In this document: positions 47,272 to 57,172 of the stretch, piece by piece
Layout of the letters: each line of letters starts with the position of its first letter
How positions within the stretch are numbered: the stretch's first letter is position 1
Program-made: the position numbers and the translations under genes
NCBI GenBank assembly: GCA_963801355.1
Contig: CAWDEM010000004.1
Location: forward strand, 576,001-640,000
Reading direction: 5' to 3'
DNA from: Ignavibacteriota bacterium
Lineage (GTDB): Bacteria > Bacteroidota > Ignavibacteria > UBA10030 > UBA6906
DNA length: 64,000 bases
Notes under the pieces: model-generated
What the model was told of the DNA's origin: nothing
Databases searched by the model: none
Seen by the model: the letters and a program-made list of their open reading frames with translations, nothing else

Positions 47272-47936
47272 ATCGAGTGCCGGTGCAATGCCTTCGGGCC
47301 CTTCTGCTGTGCAACGGCGAGCCGCCCCCGCGGCTTCTCGCGCGGCGTGCGGCACGCATATGCGATCTCGTGGTGGCTGCAGATGGCGGAGCAAACAACG
47401 CCCGCGCGGTCGGCCTCTCACCCGATGTCATCATCGGAGATCTCGATTCCGTGCGACAGTCAACCCTGCGCGCATACCGGGACGCTCTCATTGTTCATGT
47501 GAAACGGCAGGACAACACCGACGTGGAGAAAGCATTCGATTATCTCCGTGACCGGGGAGTGCGCACGGTGCTCCTGCTGGGAGCTACCGGCAGGCGCATT
47601 GACATGACCCTGGCAAACCTGACGGTGCTCTGGCGCTATGCGCGATCAATGGAGATCATGGTGATCGGGGATGGCTGGCACGCGGTGCCTGTAGAGGGAG
47701 CCCGGCGGCTGTATGCCCGCAAGGGGACCACGGTGAGCATACTCCCGTGCGCTCCATGCCGGGGCGTGACCCTGCGGGGGCTGCACTACCCCCTGACAAA
47801 CGGATCCTTCCTGCAGGGCGAAGTGGCGGTCAGCAATATCGTCAAAAGCTCGCCGTTCAATGTCAACATCAAAAAGGGGAGGGCGCTGGTGGTGGTTATG
47901 GAATCCCCTTTGGCCACCGGGAGGCTGGCAGGATAA
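47268..47936 (+). CDS. thiN: Thiamine pyrophosphokinase
   Basis: AADGGAN, IIGDLDS, QDNTDVEKA, GATGRRID and GLHYPL. Confidence 0.92.
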   Translation: MNRVPVQCLRALLLCNGEPPPRLLARRAARICDLVVAADGGANNARAVGLSPDVIIGDLDSVRQSTLRAYRDALIVHVKRQDNTDVEKAFDYLRDRGVRTVLLLGATGRRIDMTLANLTVLWRYARSMEIMVIGDGWHAVPVEGARRLYARKGTTVSILPCAPCRGVTLRGLHYPLTNGSFLQGEVAVSNIVKSSPFNVNIKKGRALVVVMESPLATGRLAG

Positions 47937-47987
47937 CCCCGTCCTGCCGGCGGTTGAACGATACCGGAGCAACCTCGAGCAATTCTC

Positions 47988-49436
47988 ATGATCACTTTTG
48001 CCCCAGCCGATGTCATCCTGATCATTCTGTATTTCTGCGCGGTGATGGTGATCGGTTTTCGTGCCGGAAGAAAGCCGGAACAGAGGCGTGCCGGAGAATT
48101 TCTTCTGGCCGGGAGGTCGCTGACCACGCCGGTGTTCGTCATGACGCTTGTGTCGACATGGTACGGCGGCATCCTGGGAGTCGGGGAATTCTCCTACCGG
48201 TACGGCATTTCCAACTGGGTGATCCAGGGAGTGCCGTACTATGTGTTTGCGATCGCCTTTGCATTCCTGCTCGCGAAGCGCATCCGTGCGACCAACCTTG
48301 CGACAATTCCTGATAAACTGGAGCTTTCGTACGGCCGCCCGACAGCACTCCTGGGAGCGTTTCTGATCTTCCTCCTCATGTCGCCGGCCGCGTACGTGTT
48401 GATGATCGGCGTGCTGCTGGAAATGGTGACGGGATGGCCTCTGCTCTTCTGCGTCGTTCTCGGCACGCTCGCCACAACGCTATATCTCTTTGCCGGGGGA
48501 TTCCGCGCTGATGTCCATACCGACATTTTCGAGTTCCTGCTCATGTTCGCCGGGTTTGCCGTCATCATACCGTTCGCCGTCGCGGAGTACGGCGGGGTTT
48601 CGTTCATCGAGATGAACCTCCCGGCCCAGCACCTCACATGGAACGGTGGGAACTCGGTGCAGTTCGTGCTTGTCTGGTTCTTCATCGCCCTGTGGACGCT
48701 TGTTGACCCCGCATTTCATCAGCGCTGTTATGCGGCGTCGTCCGGAGATGTCGCCCGGAGGGGGATTCTCTGGTCGGTGGTATTCTGGATCGTCTTCGAT
48801 GCCATGACAGCAACCGCCGGACTCTATGCGCGTGCCGCTCTGCCCGGATTGGAGCAACCCGTGATGGCATATCCTCTCCTCGCGGAAGCCATATTGCCTC
48901 CGGTGGCGAAGGGGATGTTCTTCATCGGACTGCTCGCCACGGTGATGTCGACACTCAACACGCTGGCGTTTGTCTCGGCGACCACGCTCGGCAGAGACAT
49001 CGTGCTCCGTCTGAGGTCGGGTGCAACCGGCGCCGGAGACCGGCGTGCCGGCAGTGAAGGGGGGGATGCGGGGGAAACCGCGTGGGTCAGGGGTGGACTT
49101 GTCATCACCGCAATTCTCAGTGTTGCACTTGCCGCGCTGATTCCTTCGGTGATCAAGCTCTGGTACACGATCGGGACGGTGATCGTTCCGGGGCTGCTTG
49201 TTCCGGTTGTGACGGCCTACTTTGAGCCAGTGCGTGTCAGCCCGCGATGGGCATTCACCTGTATGCTCTCCGGATGGCTGATTTCGCTGGTCTGGCTCCT
49301 GGCGGGCTGGTCCGCAGGTCTCGGCGCTGCTGATCTGTATCCGCTGGGGATAGAACCGATGTATCCGGGTCTGGCGGCAAGCGTCCTGCTATGGGGGGCG
49401 GGAGTACTGATGAAGAAGTCGTTGCAGGTGGACTAG
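47988..49436 (+). CDS. Sodium:solute symporter, candidate thiamine/precursor transporter
   Basis: FLLAGRSL, GGFRADVHTD, QRCYAA and LATVMST motifs, about 13 transmembrane helices; last gene of the TPP-regulated operon. Confidence 0.85.
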   Translation: MITFAPADVILIILYFCAVMVIGFRAGRKPEQRRAGEFLLAGRSLTTPVFVMTLVSTWYGGILGVGEFSYRYGISNWVIQGVPYYVFAIAFAFLLAKRIRATNLATIPDKLELSYGRPTALLGAFLIFLLMSPAAYVLMIGVLLEMVTGWPLLFCVVLGTLATTLYLFAGGFRADVHTDIFEFLLMFAGFAVIIPFAVAEYGGVSFIEMNLPAQHLTWNGGNSVQFVLVWFFIALWTLVDPAFHQRCYAASSGDVARRGILWSVVFWIVFDAMTATAGLYARAALPGLEQPVMAYPLLAEAILPPVAKGMFFIGLLATVMSTLNTLAFVSATTLGRDIVLRLRSGATGAGDRRAGSEGGDAGETAWVRGGLVITAILSVALAALIPSVIKLWYTIGTVIVPGLLVPVVTAYFEPVRVSPRWAFTCMLSGWLISLVWLLAGWSAGLGAADLYPLGIEPMYPGLAASVLLWGAGVLMKKSLQVD

Positions 49437-50809
49437 TTCAGCTTGATCTGGTATTGCTGAATTTTCGTGTAGAGTGTCTTCAGGCTTATGCCCAGGATCT
49501 TGGCGGATTCCGCCTTATTGCCGCGGAAGGCCCGTAGCACACCTTCAATATGCAGGTGCTCGATTTCTTTCAAGGGAAGCGCCGTGCCGATTTTCTGATC
49601 GCTTCGCCCCCCCGATGCGAACATCGATGCCGGTGCATTGGGGAGCGAAAAATCCTGCGGCTCGATGATGTGGTTATGGCAGAGAATGGCGGCACGTTCG
49701 ATGACATTCTCCAGCTCGCGGATGTTTCCCGGCCAGTCATAGTCTACAAGCACCTCCATCGCCCTGGTCGAGATGCTGGTCTGTACCTTCGTCTTCATCC
49801 GGTTTGCGAGGAATGATGCGACCAGCAGGGGGATATCTTGTTTTCGTTCGCGCAACGGTGGAATATCTATCGTAATCACATTCAGGCGATAGAGAAGGTC
49901 TTCACGGAAGCGTCCTTCGCGCACCTCCTCCTTCAGATTCTTGTTTGTCGCGGAGAGAATCCGGACATCCGCGTTCAGTGCTGTGTTGCCGCCGACCCTG
50001 CGGAATTCCCCGCTCTGGATGAAACGGAGGATTTTGGGCTGCACGACCGGGCTGATGTCGCCCACCTCATCGAGGAACAGCGTACCCTTGTTGGCGATTT
50101 CCACGATGCCGGGTTTTGTCGCGCGGGCATCGGTGAATGCACCCTTCTCGTAGCCGAACAGTTCGCTCTCGATGAGTGTATCCGGGATCGAGGCGCAGTT
50201 GAGCGTGACAAACGGCTGTTCCGTACGGAGGCTGTTCCGGTAGATGAAATTGGCGATGAGTTCCTTGCCGGTCCCGCTCGGGCCCTGGATAAGGACGGTG
50301 GACTCCGTGGGGGCCACCTTTGCCGCGACCTCGAGCACCCTGCGGAAGATATCGCTCTGGCCGACCATTTCGTGCGATCCCTGGAGACGGTCGAGGGCGT
50401 CCTTCATGAGGATGTTGTCGATCAGGAGCTGGCGGCGTTCCAGTGCGCGGTTGATCGTGGCAAGCAGTTCATCGGCGGTCGTCGGCTTGGTAATGAAGTC
50501 GTACGCGCCGATCCGCATGCACTCCACGGCGGTCTTCACGTCTGCCGCGCCGGTCAGCATGATCACTTCGATGCCGGGGTAGTTGTTCTTGATGAACCTC
50601 AGGACTTCGATGCCGTCCACTTTCGGCATCTTGACGTCCAGCAGCACCACGTGGTAGAGTTTTCCCTGGACGGCGTTGATGGCTCCCACGCCATCGGTTA
50701 CGGTATCGACCTGGTACCCGGCACTGGTAATGAGAGAAGTCAGAAGGTATCGAAATGCTTCTTCGTCGTCGACGACGAGGATGGAAAAATCTTTCTTGGG
50801 CATCGTCAT
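49433..50809 (-). CDS. Sigma54-dependent response regulator (NtrC/AtoC family)
   Basis: Receiver domain (VDDE, LDVKMP), GPSGTGKE, ESELFG, GAFTDA, WPGNIRELEN and a Fis-type HTH. Confidence 0.93.
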   Translation of the reverse strand: MTMPKKDFSILVVDDEEAFRYLLTSLITSAGYQVDTVTDGVGAINAVQGKLYHVVLLDVKMPKVDGIEVLRFIKNNYPGIEVIMLTGAADVKTAVECMRIGAYDFITKPTTADELLATINRALERRQLLIDNILMKDALDRLQGSHEMVGQSDIFRRVLEVAAKVAPTESTVLIQGPSGTGKELIANFIYRNSLRTEQPFVTLNCASIPDTLIESELFGYEKGAFTDARATKPGIVEIANKGTLFLDEVGDISPVVQPKILRFIQSGEFRRVGGNTALNADVRILSATNKNLKEEVREGRFREDLLYRLNVITIDIPPLRERKQDIPLLVASFLANRMKTKVQTSISTRAMEVLVDYDWPGNIRELENVIERAAILCHNHIIEPQDFSLPNAPASMFASGGRSDQKIGTALPLKEIEHLHIEGVLRAFRGNKAESAKILGISLKTLYTKIQQYQIKLN

Positions 50810-50917
50810 GTCAGTTTGTTCTCGCTTATATAGAGAAAAGCATCATGAAATGCAACCATTCGTTGATTTTTACCCTCCCACTTTGTACTTTTTTGCACCA
50901 TAGGAGGTACGCATCTC

Positions 50918-52015
50918 ATGCGAATGACCGATCGCTTCATCTGTTCTCTCCCTAAAGTGCTTCTCCACGATCATCTGGATGGGGGTCTTCGCCCTCAAAC
51001 CATAGTTGATCTCGCCAAGGAATCCGGATATGCAGGGTTGCCCACCACCAACGCCAGGGAACTCGCGGTGTGGTTTCACCGTGGTGCACAGCGCGGAAGT
51101 CTGCCGTTGTACCTGGAAGGTTTTGCACACACCGCTGCCGTCCTCCAGACTGAAGCGGCACTCGAACGGGTTGCGTACGAGATGATGGAGGATATGCACA
51201 AGGACGGCGTCGTCTACGTCGAGACCCGGTTTGCGCCGGTTTTCCACACGGACCGGGGGCTCCACTGGGACGAGGTGGTGAACGCCGTGCTCAGGGGATT
51301 GGAACGCGGGAAGAAGGACTTCGGTGTGGAGTTCGGACTCATTATCTGCGCCATGCGCAACATGAAGCTTTCTCTCGAAATGGCGGAACTGGCAGTGGAT
51401 TTCCGGGAGCGTGGTGTTGTGGGCTTCGACCTTGCGGGCGAAGAGGGGGGGTACCCGCCGAAGAAACACGTTGACGCGTTTCACTATATCCAGCGCGAGA
51501 ACTTCAATATCACCGTCCACGCCGGAGAGGCCTTCGGCAAGGAGAGCATCTGGCAGGCGATCCAGTGGTGCGGTGCGCACAGAATCGGTCACGCCACGCG
51601 ACTCATTGATGATATCGGGCTCGACAAGCGCGACAACAAAAAGATCGTCCGCATGGGATATCTTGCGCAATACGTTCTGGACAAACGACTGCCGCTGGAG
51701 ATGTGCCTGACGAGCAATGTCGATACCGGGGCGGTCAAGAGCGTCGAGGAGCATCCGTTCGGACTCTACTACAAATATAAATTCCGTGTCACGCTCAATA
51801 CCGATGACCGGTTGATGAGCAACACCACGATGACGCGCGAATACAAGCTCGCCCACCAGGTCTTCAAGCTGAATCTGGATGCACTGGAGAAGCTGACCAT
51901 CAACGCGATGAAGAGCGCATTTCTGCCGTACAATAGACGTATTCAGATCATCTATGACGTCATCAAACCCGGGTATGCGCAAGCACGGGCCGGGATCGCG
52001 AAGAAGCGCGCATGA
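50918..52015 (+). CDS. add: Adenosine deaminase
   Basis: PKVLLHDHLDG, GFDLAG, TVHAGE, RIGH and NTDD. Confidence 0.9.
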   Translation: MRMTDRFICSLPKVLLHDHLDGGLRPQTIVDLAKESGYAGLPTTNARELAVWFHRGAQRGSLPLYLEGFAHTAAVLQTEAALERVAYEMMEDMHKDGVVYVETRFAPVFHTDRGLHWDEVVNAVLRGLERGKKDFGVEFGLIICAMRNMKLSLEMAELAVDFRERGVVGFDLAGEEGGYPPKKHVDAFHYIQRENFNITVHAGEAFGKESIWQAIQWCGAHRIGHATRLIDDIGLDKRDNKKIVRMGYLAQYVLDKRLPLEMCLTSNVDTGAVKSVEEHPFGLYYKYKFRVTLNTDDRLMSNTTMTREYKLAHQVFKLNLDALEKLTINAMKSAFLPYNRRIQIIYDVIKPGYAQARAGIAKKRA

Positions 52016-52512
52016 ACCTGTACCTCGTCCGTCACAGCGAAGCGCTCCCTACCGGCGGGAATATTTCCCGTGATGCCGACCGGCCGTTGAGCCCGCAGGG
52101 GGAGCACGACGCCGCTCTGGTCGGGAGATTGTTGTCGAAGGTAGAGCCTGCTGTCCGGATGATCGGCAGCAGTCCGCTGGTGCGGGCGCGACGCACCGCG
52201 GAAATCCTCGCCGCGCAATTTCCGGTGCCGCCCGAAGTGCGCCCCTGGCAGGTGCTCAAACCGGGGATGGCGATGCGTGAGGTTCTGGCGCAGGTAACGG
52301 AACACTCCCGGGACTCCCTGGTCCTCGTCGCGCACCAGCCCGATCTTACCGATTTCCTGTCCTGGCTGGTGGCGGATGGTATCGCCGATATCGCCTTTCC
52401 GCCGGGATCAGCTGCGCGGGTCGTGCTTGCCACGACGTCATTGACAGCCGCCGCCCGGCTCCACTGGATTGTGTCACCCGCTCTGGTTTCATTACTCCAC
52501 CCTGAATGGTGA
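52012..52512 (+). CDS. sixA: SixA-type phosphohistidine phosphatase
   Basis: LVRHSEA, RPLSPQG, SSPLVRARRTA and VAHQP; ATGA overlap with add. Confidence 0.82.
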   Translation: MNLYLVRHSEALPTGGNISRDADRPLSPQGEHDAALVGRLLSKVEPAVRMIGSSPLVRARRTAEILAAQFPVPPEVRPWQVLKPGMAMREVLAQVTEHSRDSLVLVAHQPDLTDFLSWLVADGIADIAFPPGSAARVVLATTSLTAAARLHWIVSPALVSLLHPEW

Positions 52513-52522
52513 GGAGGACGCG

Positions 52523-53005
52523 ATGCAGATGACATCTGTGTGGATCGATAAGCCGGAAGATATGAATTTCATACTCGGCCACTCACATTTCATCAAGACT
52601 GTCGAAGATCTCTATGAAGTAATTGTGCAGACCAACCCTGTCATGAAATTCGGTCTCGCCTTTTGCGAGGCCTCAGGACCCTGTCTGGTGCGCTCTGCAG
52701 GCAACGATGAGCGCTTGATCGGGATTGCACAGCGCAACGCCCTTGCGCTGGCCGCGGGTCATGCGTTTGTGATCTTCATGGAGCAAGGGTTTCCGGTGAA
52801 CATTCTCAATGCCGTGAAAAGCGTTCCGGAAGTGTGCCGGGTGTTCTGTGCGACGGCCAATCCCACCGAAGTCATCATCGCTGAAACGGAGCACGGCAGG
52901 GCGATCCTCGGCGTGGTCGACGGAGAGCGAACCAGAGGAATAGAGAATGCCGCCGACATCCAGACACGGAAGGACTTCCTGCGGAAGATCGGATACAAGA
53001 TGTAG
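52523..53005 (+). CDS. DUF355 / adenosine-specific kinase family protein
   Basis: NFILGHSHFIKTVED, FCEASG, AGHAF, CATANP, GVVDG and IGYK; GGAGG RBS. Confidence 0.87.
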   Translation: MQMTSVWIDKPEDMNFILGHSHFIKTVEDLYEVIVQTNPVMKFGLAFCEASGPCLVRSAGNDERLIGIAQRNALALAAGHAFVIFMEQGFPVNILNAVKSVPEVCRVFCATANPTEVIIAETEHGRAILGVVDGERTRGIENAADIQTRKDFLRKIGYKM

Positions 53006-53071
53006 CGGCAGGCTGTTGTGGCATGAAGACATTGAGGTGAACAAACCATGCAACACTACACGGAGGGTACG

Positions 53072-53437
53072 ATGAACAGATTCACGTTGACCTGTGGAAC
53101 CGCCCTGCTGCTTGCGGCGGGCGTACTGCTGCTGCCCTGTGATGCCAGCGCCCAGAAAAAGAAGGTACCACCCAAGTCGGAACAGGCTGTTGATCAGCCG
53201 GCACCCACTCCCGTCCAGGTCAGACTCGGGAACACGCTCAGGGACGTACTCCTGAAGTATAAGGGCCAAAAGACGAATCTCGGGATTCTGAGCAGGGTGG
53301 AAGGGGACTATTTCGTTGTCGAGGAGGAAGGTGTCAGCACGATGCATCCGTTCAGCGCGATCATCGGCCTCAAGATGGTCAAGGCCGAGGAAGAGGAAGA
53401 GGATCCGGCGAAGATTGAAATTGTCCTGATGCGGTGA
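53072..53437 (+). CDS. Small exported hypothetical protein
   Basis: GGAGG RBS, signal peptide ending ASA-Q, small beta-rich C-terminal domain. Confidence 0.65.
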   Translation: MNRFTLTCGTALLLAAGVLLLPCDASAQKKKVPPKSEQAVDQPAPTPVQVRLGNTLRDVLLKYKGQKTNLGILSRVEGDYFVVEEEGVSTMHPFSAIIGLKMVKAEEEEEDPAKIEIVLMR

Positions 53438-53443
53438 GGACCC

Positions 53444-53878
53444 ATGCCCACGACCCGAACGCTTCTGCTCATCACCGTCTTGACGATGGCCGGCTGTATG
53501 CATGATCAGGTTGCATACTACAAGCCGGGGAATGTCATCGGTCCGTATTCACCGGCAGTACAGGTCGGGCGCTTGTTGTTTGTCTCGGGCCAGATCGCAC
53601 TGGATCCGGGCACCGGTGAGATTGTCACCGGCGACATCGAACAGGAGACCCGTCAGGTGCTGCACAATCTGCGGGTTGTACTCGGTTCTGCGGGATACGA
53701 TTCCTCACACGTGGTAAATGCGACGGTGTATCTCCGGAGCATGGGAGATTATCAGCGCATGAACGCGGTGTATGGGTCGTTCTTCCCCGAGGGGAAATAT
53801 CCGGCGCGCGTGGCTGTCGAAGTCAGCGCCCTTCCAAAGCGGGCGAACATTGAAATCGCGGTGGTTGCGTACAAATGA
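53444..53878 (+). CDS. RidA-family enamine/imine deaminase with a lipoprotein-like signal
   Basis: GPYSPA, FVSGQI, MNAVY and [12 protein letters not shown]...IEI; N-terminal [12 protein letters not shown]. Confidence 0.85.
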   Translation: MPTTRTLLLITVLTMAGCMHDQVAYYKPGNVIGPYSPAVQVGRLLFVSGQIALDPGTGEIVTGDIEQETRQVLHNLRVVLGSAGYDSSHVVNATVYLRSMGDYQRMNAVYGSFFPEGKYPARVAVEVSALPKRANIEIAVVAYK

Positions 53879-55545
53879 ATACCCCGCAGTTTGATCCGGC
53901 CGCCATCAAAGCGCCGACAGGAACATCGCTGAGTTGCAAGGGGTGGCTGCAGGAAGCCGCCCTGCGCATGCTGATGAACAACCTGGATGCCGAAGTCGCG
54001 GAGAAGCCGGAGGAGCTCATCGTGTATGGCGGGGTCGGGAAGGCGGCGCGGAACTGGGCGTGCTATCATGCCATCGTCCGGTCGCTTCGGAGTCTCGAAA
54101 ACGATGAAACCCTCCTGGTACAATCGGGCAAGCCCGTCGGAGTATTCAGAACCCACCCGGACGCTCCGCGCGTGCTGATAGTCAACTCCATGCTCGTTCC
54201 GCAGTGGGCGACCTGGGACGAGTTCCGCCGCCTGGAGGCCCTCGGCCTGACGATGTACGGCCAGATGACTGCGGGGAGCTGGATCTATATCGGCACGCAG
54301 GGGATTCTGCAGGGAACGTATGAGACGTTTGCAGCGGTCGCGGAGCGGTACTTCGGCGGCACTCTTGCGGGAAGGCTTCTTGTCACCGCTGGACTCGGCG
54401 GCATGGGCGGGGCGCAACCCCTCGCGGCGACGATGAACGGCGCCGCATGTCTGGCAATCGAAGTCGACCGGCAACGCATCGAACGGCGGCTTGCGACCAA
54501 GTACGTCGACGAGCTTGCGCCCACCCTCGACGATGCGCTCGGAATTCTTGAGTCTGCCCGCTTGCGCCAGGAACCCCGCTCCGTCGCCGTGCTGGGCAAT
54601 GCGGCGGAAATCCTGCCAATGCTCGTTCAACGAGGCATTGCGATCGATGTGCTCACGGATCAGACGTCCGCCCATGATACTCTCAACGGCTATGTCCCCG
54701 CCCATCTCCCGTATCGGGACGCGCTTGCCCTGCGTGTGCAGGATTCCCAACGCTACGTACTCCTGGCCCGGCAATCCATCGCGGAACATGTGCGCGCGAT
54801 GCTCGCATTGATGCGGAAGGGTGCCGTCACGTTTGACTATGGCAACAATATTCGCGGTGAGGCGCGGGCCAACGGTGTGCCTGACGCATTCGACATTCCC
54901 GGCTTCGTGCCCGAGTACATCCGTCCGCTGTTCTGTGACGGCAAAGGGCCGTTCCGCTGGGTTGCCCTGTCAGGCAATCCGGAGGACATCTACCGGACGG
55001 ACCGGGCGGTGATGGAGACATTCCCGGAAAACGAGGCGCTCTGCCGGTGGATCCGCAAGGCACAGCGGCAGGTGAAATTCCAGGGGCTGCCGGCACGCAT
55101 CTGCTGGCTGGGCTATGGTGAACGGGCGAAGATGGGGCTGATATTTAATGACCTTGTCGCCCGCGGCGAAATCAAGGCGCCGATCGTCATCGGACGTGAC
55201 CATCTGGATTGCGGTTCGGTGGCTTCTCCCAACCGCGAGACGGAAAAAATGAAGGACGGGAGTGATGCCATCGCCGACTGGCCGATCCTCAACGCACTGC
55301 TCAATGCAACCGGCGGTGCAAGCTGGGTCAGCGTCCACCATGGCGGCGGGGTCGGCATGGGCCTGTCCATACATGCCGGCATGGTGGTGGTGGCCGACGG
55401 AAGCCCGGGCGCCGCGGCACGGCTTGAGCGGGTGCTGACATACGATCCGGGAATGGGCATCATCCGCCATGCCGATGCGGGTTACGAACGGGCACTTGCC
55501 AACGCGGAGACAATGGGGGTCACACTCCCGATGGCCGGAATATAG
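53875..55545 (+). CDS. hutU: Urocanate hydratase
   Basis: [33 protein letters not shown] and [14 protein letters not shown]. Confidence 0.96.
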   Translation: MNTPQFDPAAIKAPTGTSLSCKGWLQEAALRMLMNNLDAEVAEKPEELIVYGGVGKAARNWACYHAIVRSLRSLENDETLLVQSGKPVGVFRTHPDAPRVLIVNSMLVPQWATWDEFRRLEALGLTMYGQMTAGSWIYIGTQGILQGTYETFAAVAERYFGGTLAGRLLVTAGLGGMGGAQPLAATMNGAACLAIEVDRQRIERRLATKYVDELAPTLDDALGILESARLRQEPRSVAVLGNAAEILPMLVQRGIAIDVLTDQTSAHDTLNGYVPAHLPYRDALALRVQDSQRYVLLARQSIAEHVRAMLALMRKGAVTFDYGNNIRGEARANGVPDAFDIPGFVPEYIRPLFCDGKGPFRWVALSGNPEDIYRTDRAVMETFPENEALCRWIRKAQRQVKFQGLPARICWLGYGERAKMGLIFNDLVARGEIKAPIVIGRDHLDCGSVASPNRETEKMKDGSDAIADWPILNALLNATGGASWVSVHHGGGVGMGLSIHAGMVVVADGSPGAAARLERVLTYDPGMGIIRHADAGYERALANAETMGVTLPMAGI

Positions 55546-55576
55546 ATTCCACATCCCATACAGAAAGACGACACCT

Positions 55577-55960
55577 ATGCACGGATTCGGCTATGTGGAT
55601 ATCCCCACCACGAACTTCAAGAAGGCTCAGAAGTTCTTCGGCAAAGTATTCGGGTGGACCTTCAGGGAGATGCCTGAGCTCGAGACGGTATCCTTCCGGG
55701 CAGGTTCCCAGCCCAACGGCGGTTTCTACCTCGTGAAGAAGATGCCCAAGAAAGGCCAGGTCAACATCTATATCGAAGTGGAGGACATTGACGCGAAGCT
55801 GAAAGAGATCAAGAAAGCCAGGGGAAAGGTTCTGGTAAAAAAGACCCCTGTCGGAGAGATGGGCTGGTGCGCCCAGTTTGCCACACCGGATGGGTGCTAC
55901 CTTTCACTCTGGCAGGCTCCGGCGGTCGGCACCCCTGGTGAGGAATCCCCGGCCCAATGA
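55577..55960 (+). CDS. VOC/glyoxalase-family protein
   Basis: VDIPTTNFKKAQKFFGKVFGW, YIEVEDID and FATPDG. Confidence 0.8.
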   Translation: MHGFGYVDIPTTNFKKAQKFFGKVFGWTFREMPELETVSFRAGSQPNGGFYLVKKMPKKGQVNIYIEVEDIDAKLKEIKKARGKVLVKKTPVGEMGWCAQFATPDGCYLSLWQAPAVGTPGEESPAQ

Positions 55961-57168
55961 TTGACCCGGTCCGTTTCCGGCAGATTCTGGTCCAACTGCT
56001 GAAGCTGCTTGTCGTCATCGAGCTGGTGGGGGCCTTTTTGCAGGGCACCTCGGGCGGAGACTGGAGTCGCTTCGGCATCGATCTCATCGTTGCCGGCATC
56101 CTGTTTGTCACGGGAGAGCGCATCACCGCTCTCCTGCACAAGCACCGTGACAGCACACGGAGGAGAATGGAGGAAACGGGGGAAGAAATTCGTTTGTGGG
56201 ATGCCCTTGTCTTCTCGCTTCTCTGGACGGATCAGATTTACGCCGGGATACCTGCGGACCGCCGCAGGCTGGTCGTCATCTCGTACACGCTCATTGCTCT
56301 CGGACTTGTCGCGGCGTTCGTGCGGATCGGCACCGGCCTCATGCCGCTGGTCGTCGCCGGGGCACTGGTGCTCGGCGCGGTCAATCTCATTACATGGATC
56401 ATCTCACTCGAGCGGGGCCAACGGGAGACCCTGCAAACGGAACTCCTGCTGGCGCACGACGTGCAGGTTTCCCTGATGCCGACGGAACAGCCTGCAGTCC
56501 GGGGATTCGATATTGCAGGAGTGTCTCTTCCTGCAAAGGAGGTGGGTGGGGACCTGTACGACTTCCTTCCGCCCGGAGAGGGCGAGACACAGTTCGGCAT
56601 TTCTATTGTTGATGTGTCCGGGAAGGGTATGCAGGCGGCGATGGCCGCAGTGTTTACGAGCGGTGCGTATGCAAGCGAGGCCAAACAGTCCCGCTCTCCG
56701 GCGGCGATACTCACCAGGCTGAACAGGGCGGTGTACCACCATTCGCGCCGGGGGCACTTTGTGTCGTTCTTGCAGGCGAGCCTCGATCTCGGCACACGCA
56801 TGCTTTCCTATGCCAATGCGGGCCAGACAAAACCGCTCCTGCACAGGGCGGCGGAGGTTCGGTGGCTTGAAGTTGACGGAGTGCATTTTCCACTGGGGAC
56901 GCAGCCCGAGACGTGTTATCAGGAGTCGGCATTGCAGTTGGTCCGGAATGACGTCCTGTGTTTCCTGACCGACGGGTTCACCGAAGCGATGAACGGTTCA
57001 CACGAGGTTTTTGGAGCGGAGCGTGTTGAGGAACTGTTCCGGAGGCCTGAGCTGCCGACGCTGGCCGCGACAGACATACTGAACATGATGGTCCGTGAGG
57101 TGAGGCAATACTCGGGTGATGCACCGCAGCACGACGACATGACGATGGTCATTGTAAAGGTCCTCTGA
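55957..57168 (+). CDS. Membrane-bound PP2C/SpoIIE (RsbU-like) phosphatase
   Basis: About four N-terminal transmembrane helices; EVGGDLYD, DVSGKG, TDGFTEA and DDMT. Confidence 0.87.
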   Translation: MIDPVRFRQILVQLLKLLVVIELVGAFLQGTSGGDWSRFGIDLIVAGILFVTGERITALLHKHRDSTRRRMEETGEEIRLWDALVFSLLWTDQIYAGIPADRRRLVVISYTLIALGLVAAFVRIGTGLMPLVVAGALVLGAVNLITWIISLERGQRETLQTELLLAHDVQVSLMPTEQPAVRGFDIAGVSLPAKEVGGDLYDFLPPGEGETQFGISIVDVSGKGMQAAMAAVFTSGAYASEAKQSRSPAAILTRLNRAVYHHSRRGHFVSFLQASLDLGTRMLSYANAGQTKPLLHRAAEVRWLEVDGVHFPLGTQPETCYQESALQLVRNDVLCFLTDGFTEAMNGSHEVFGAERVEELFRRPELPTLAATDILNMMVREVRQYSGDAPQHDDMTMVIVKVL

Positions 57169-57172
57169 GCGA

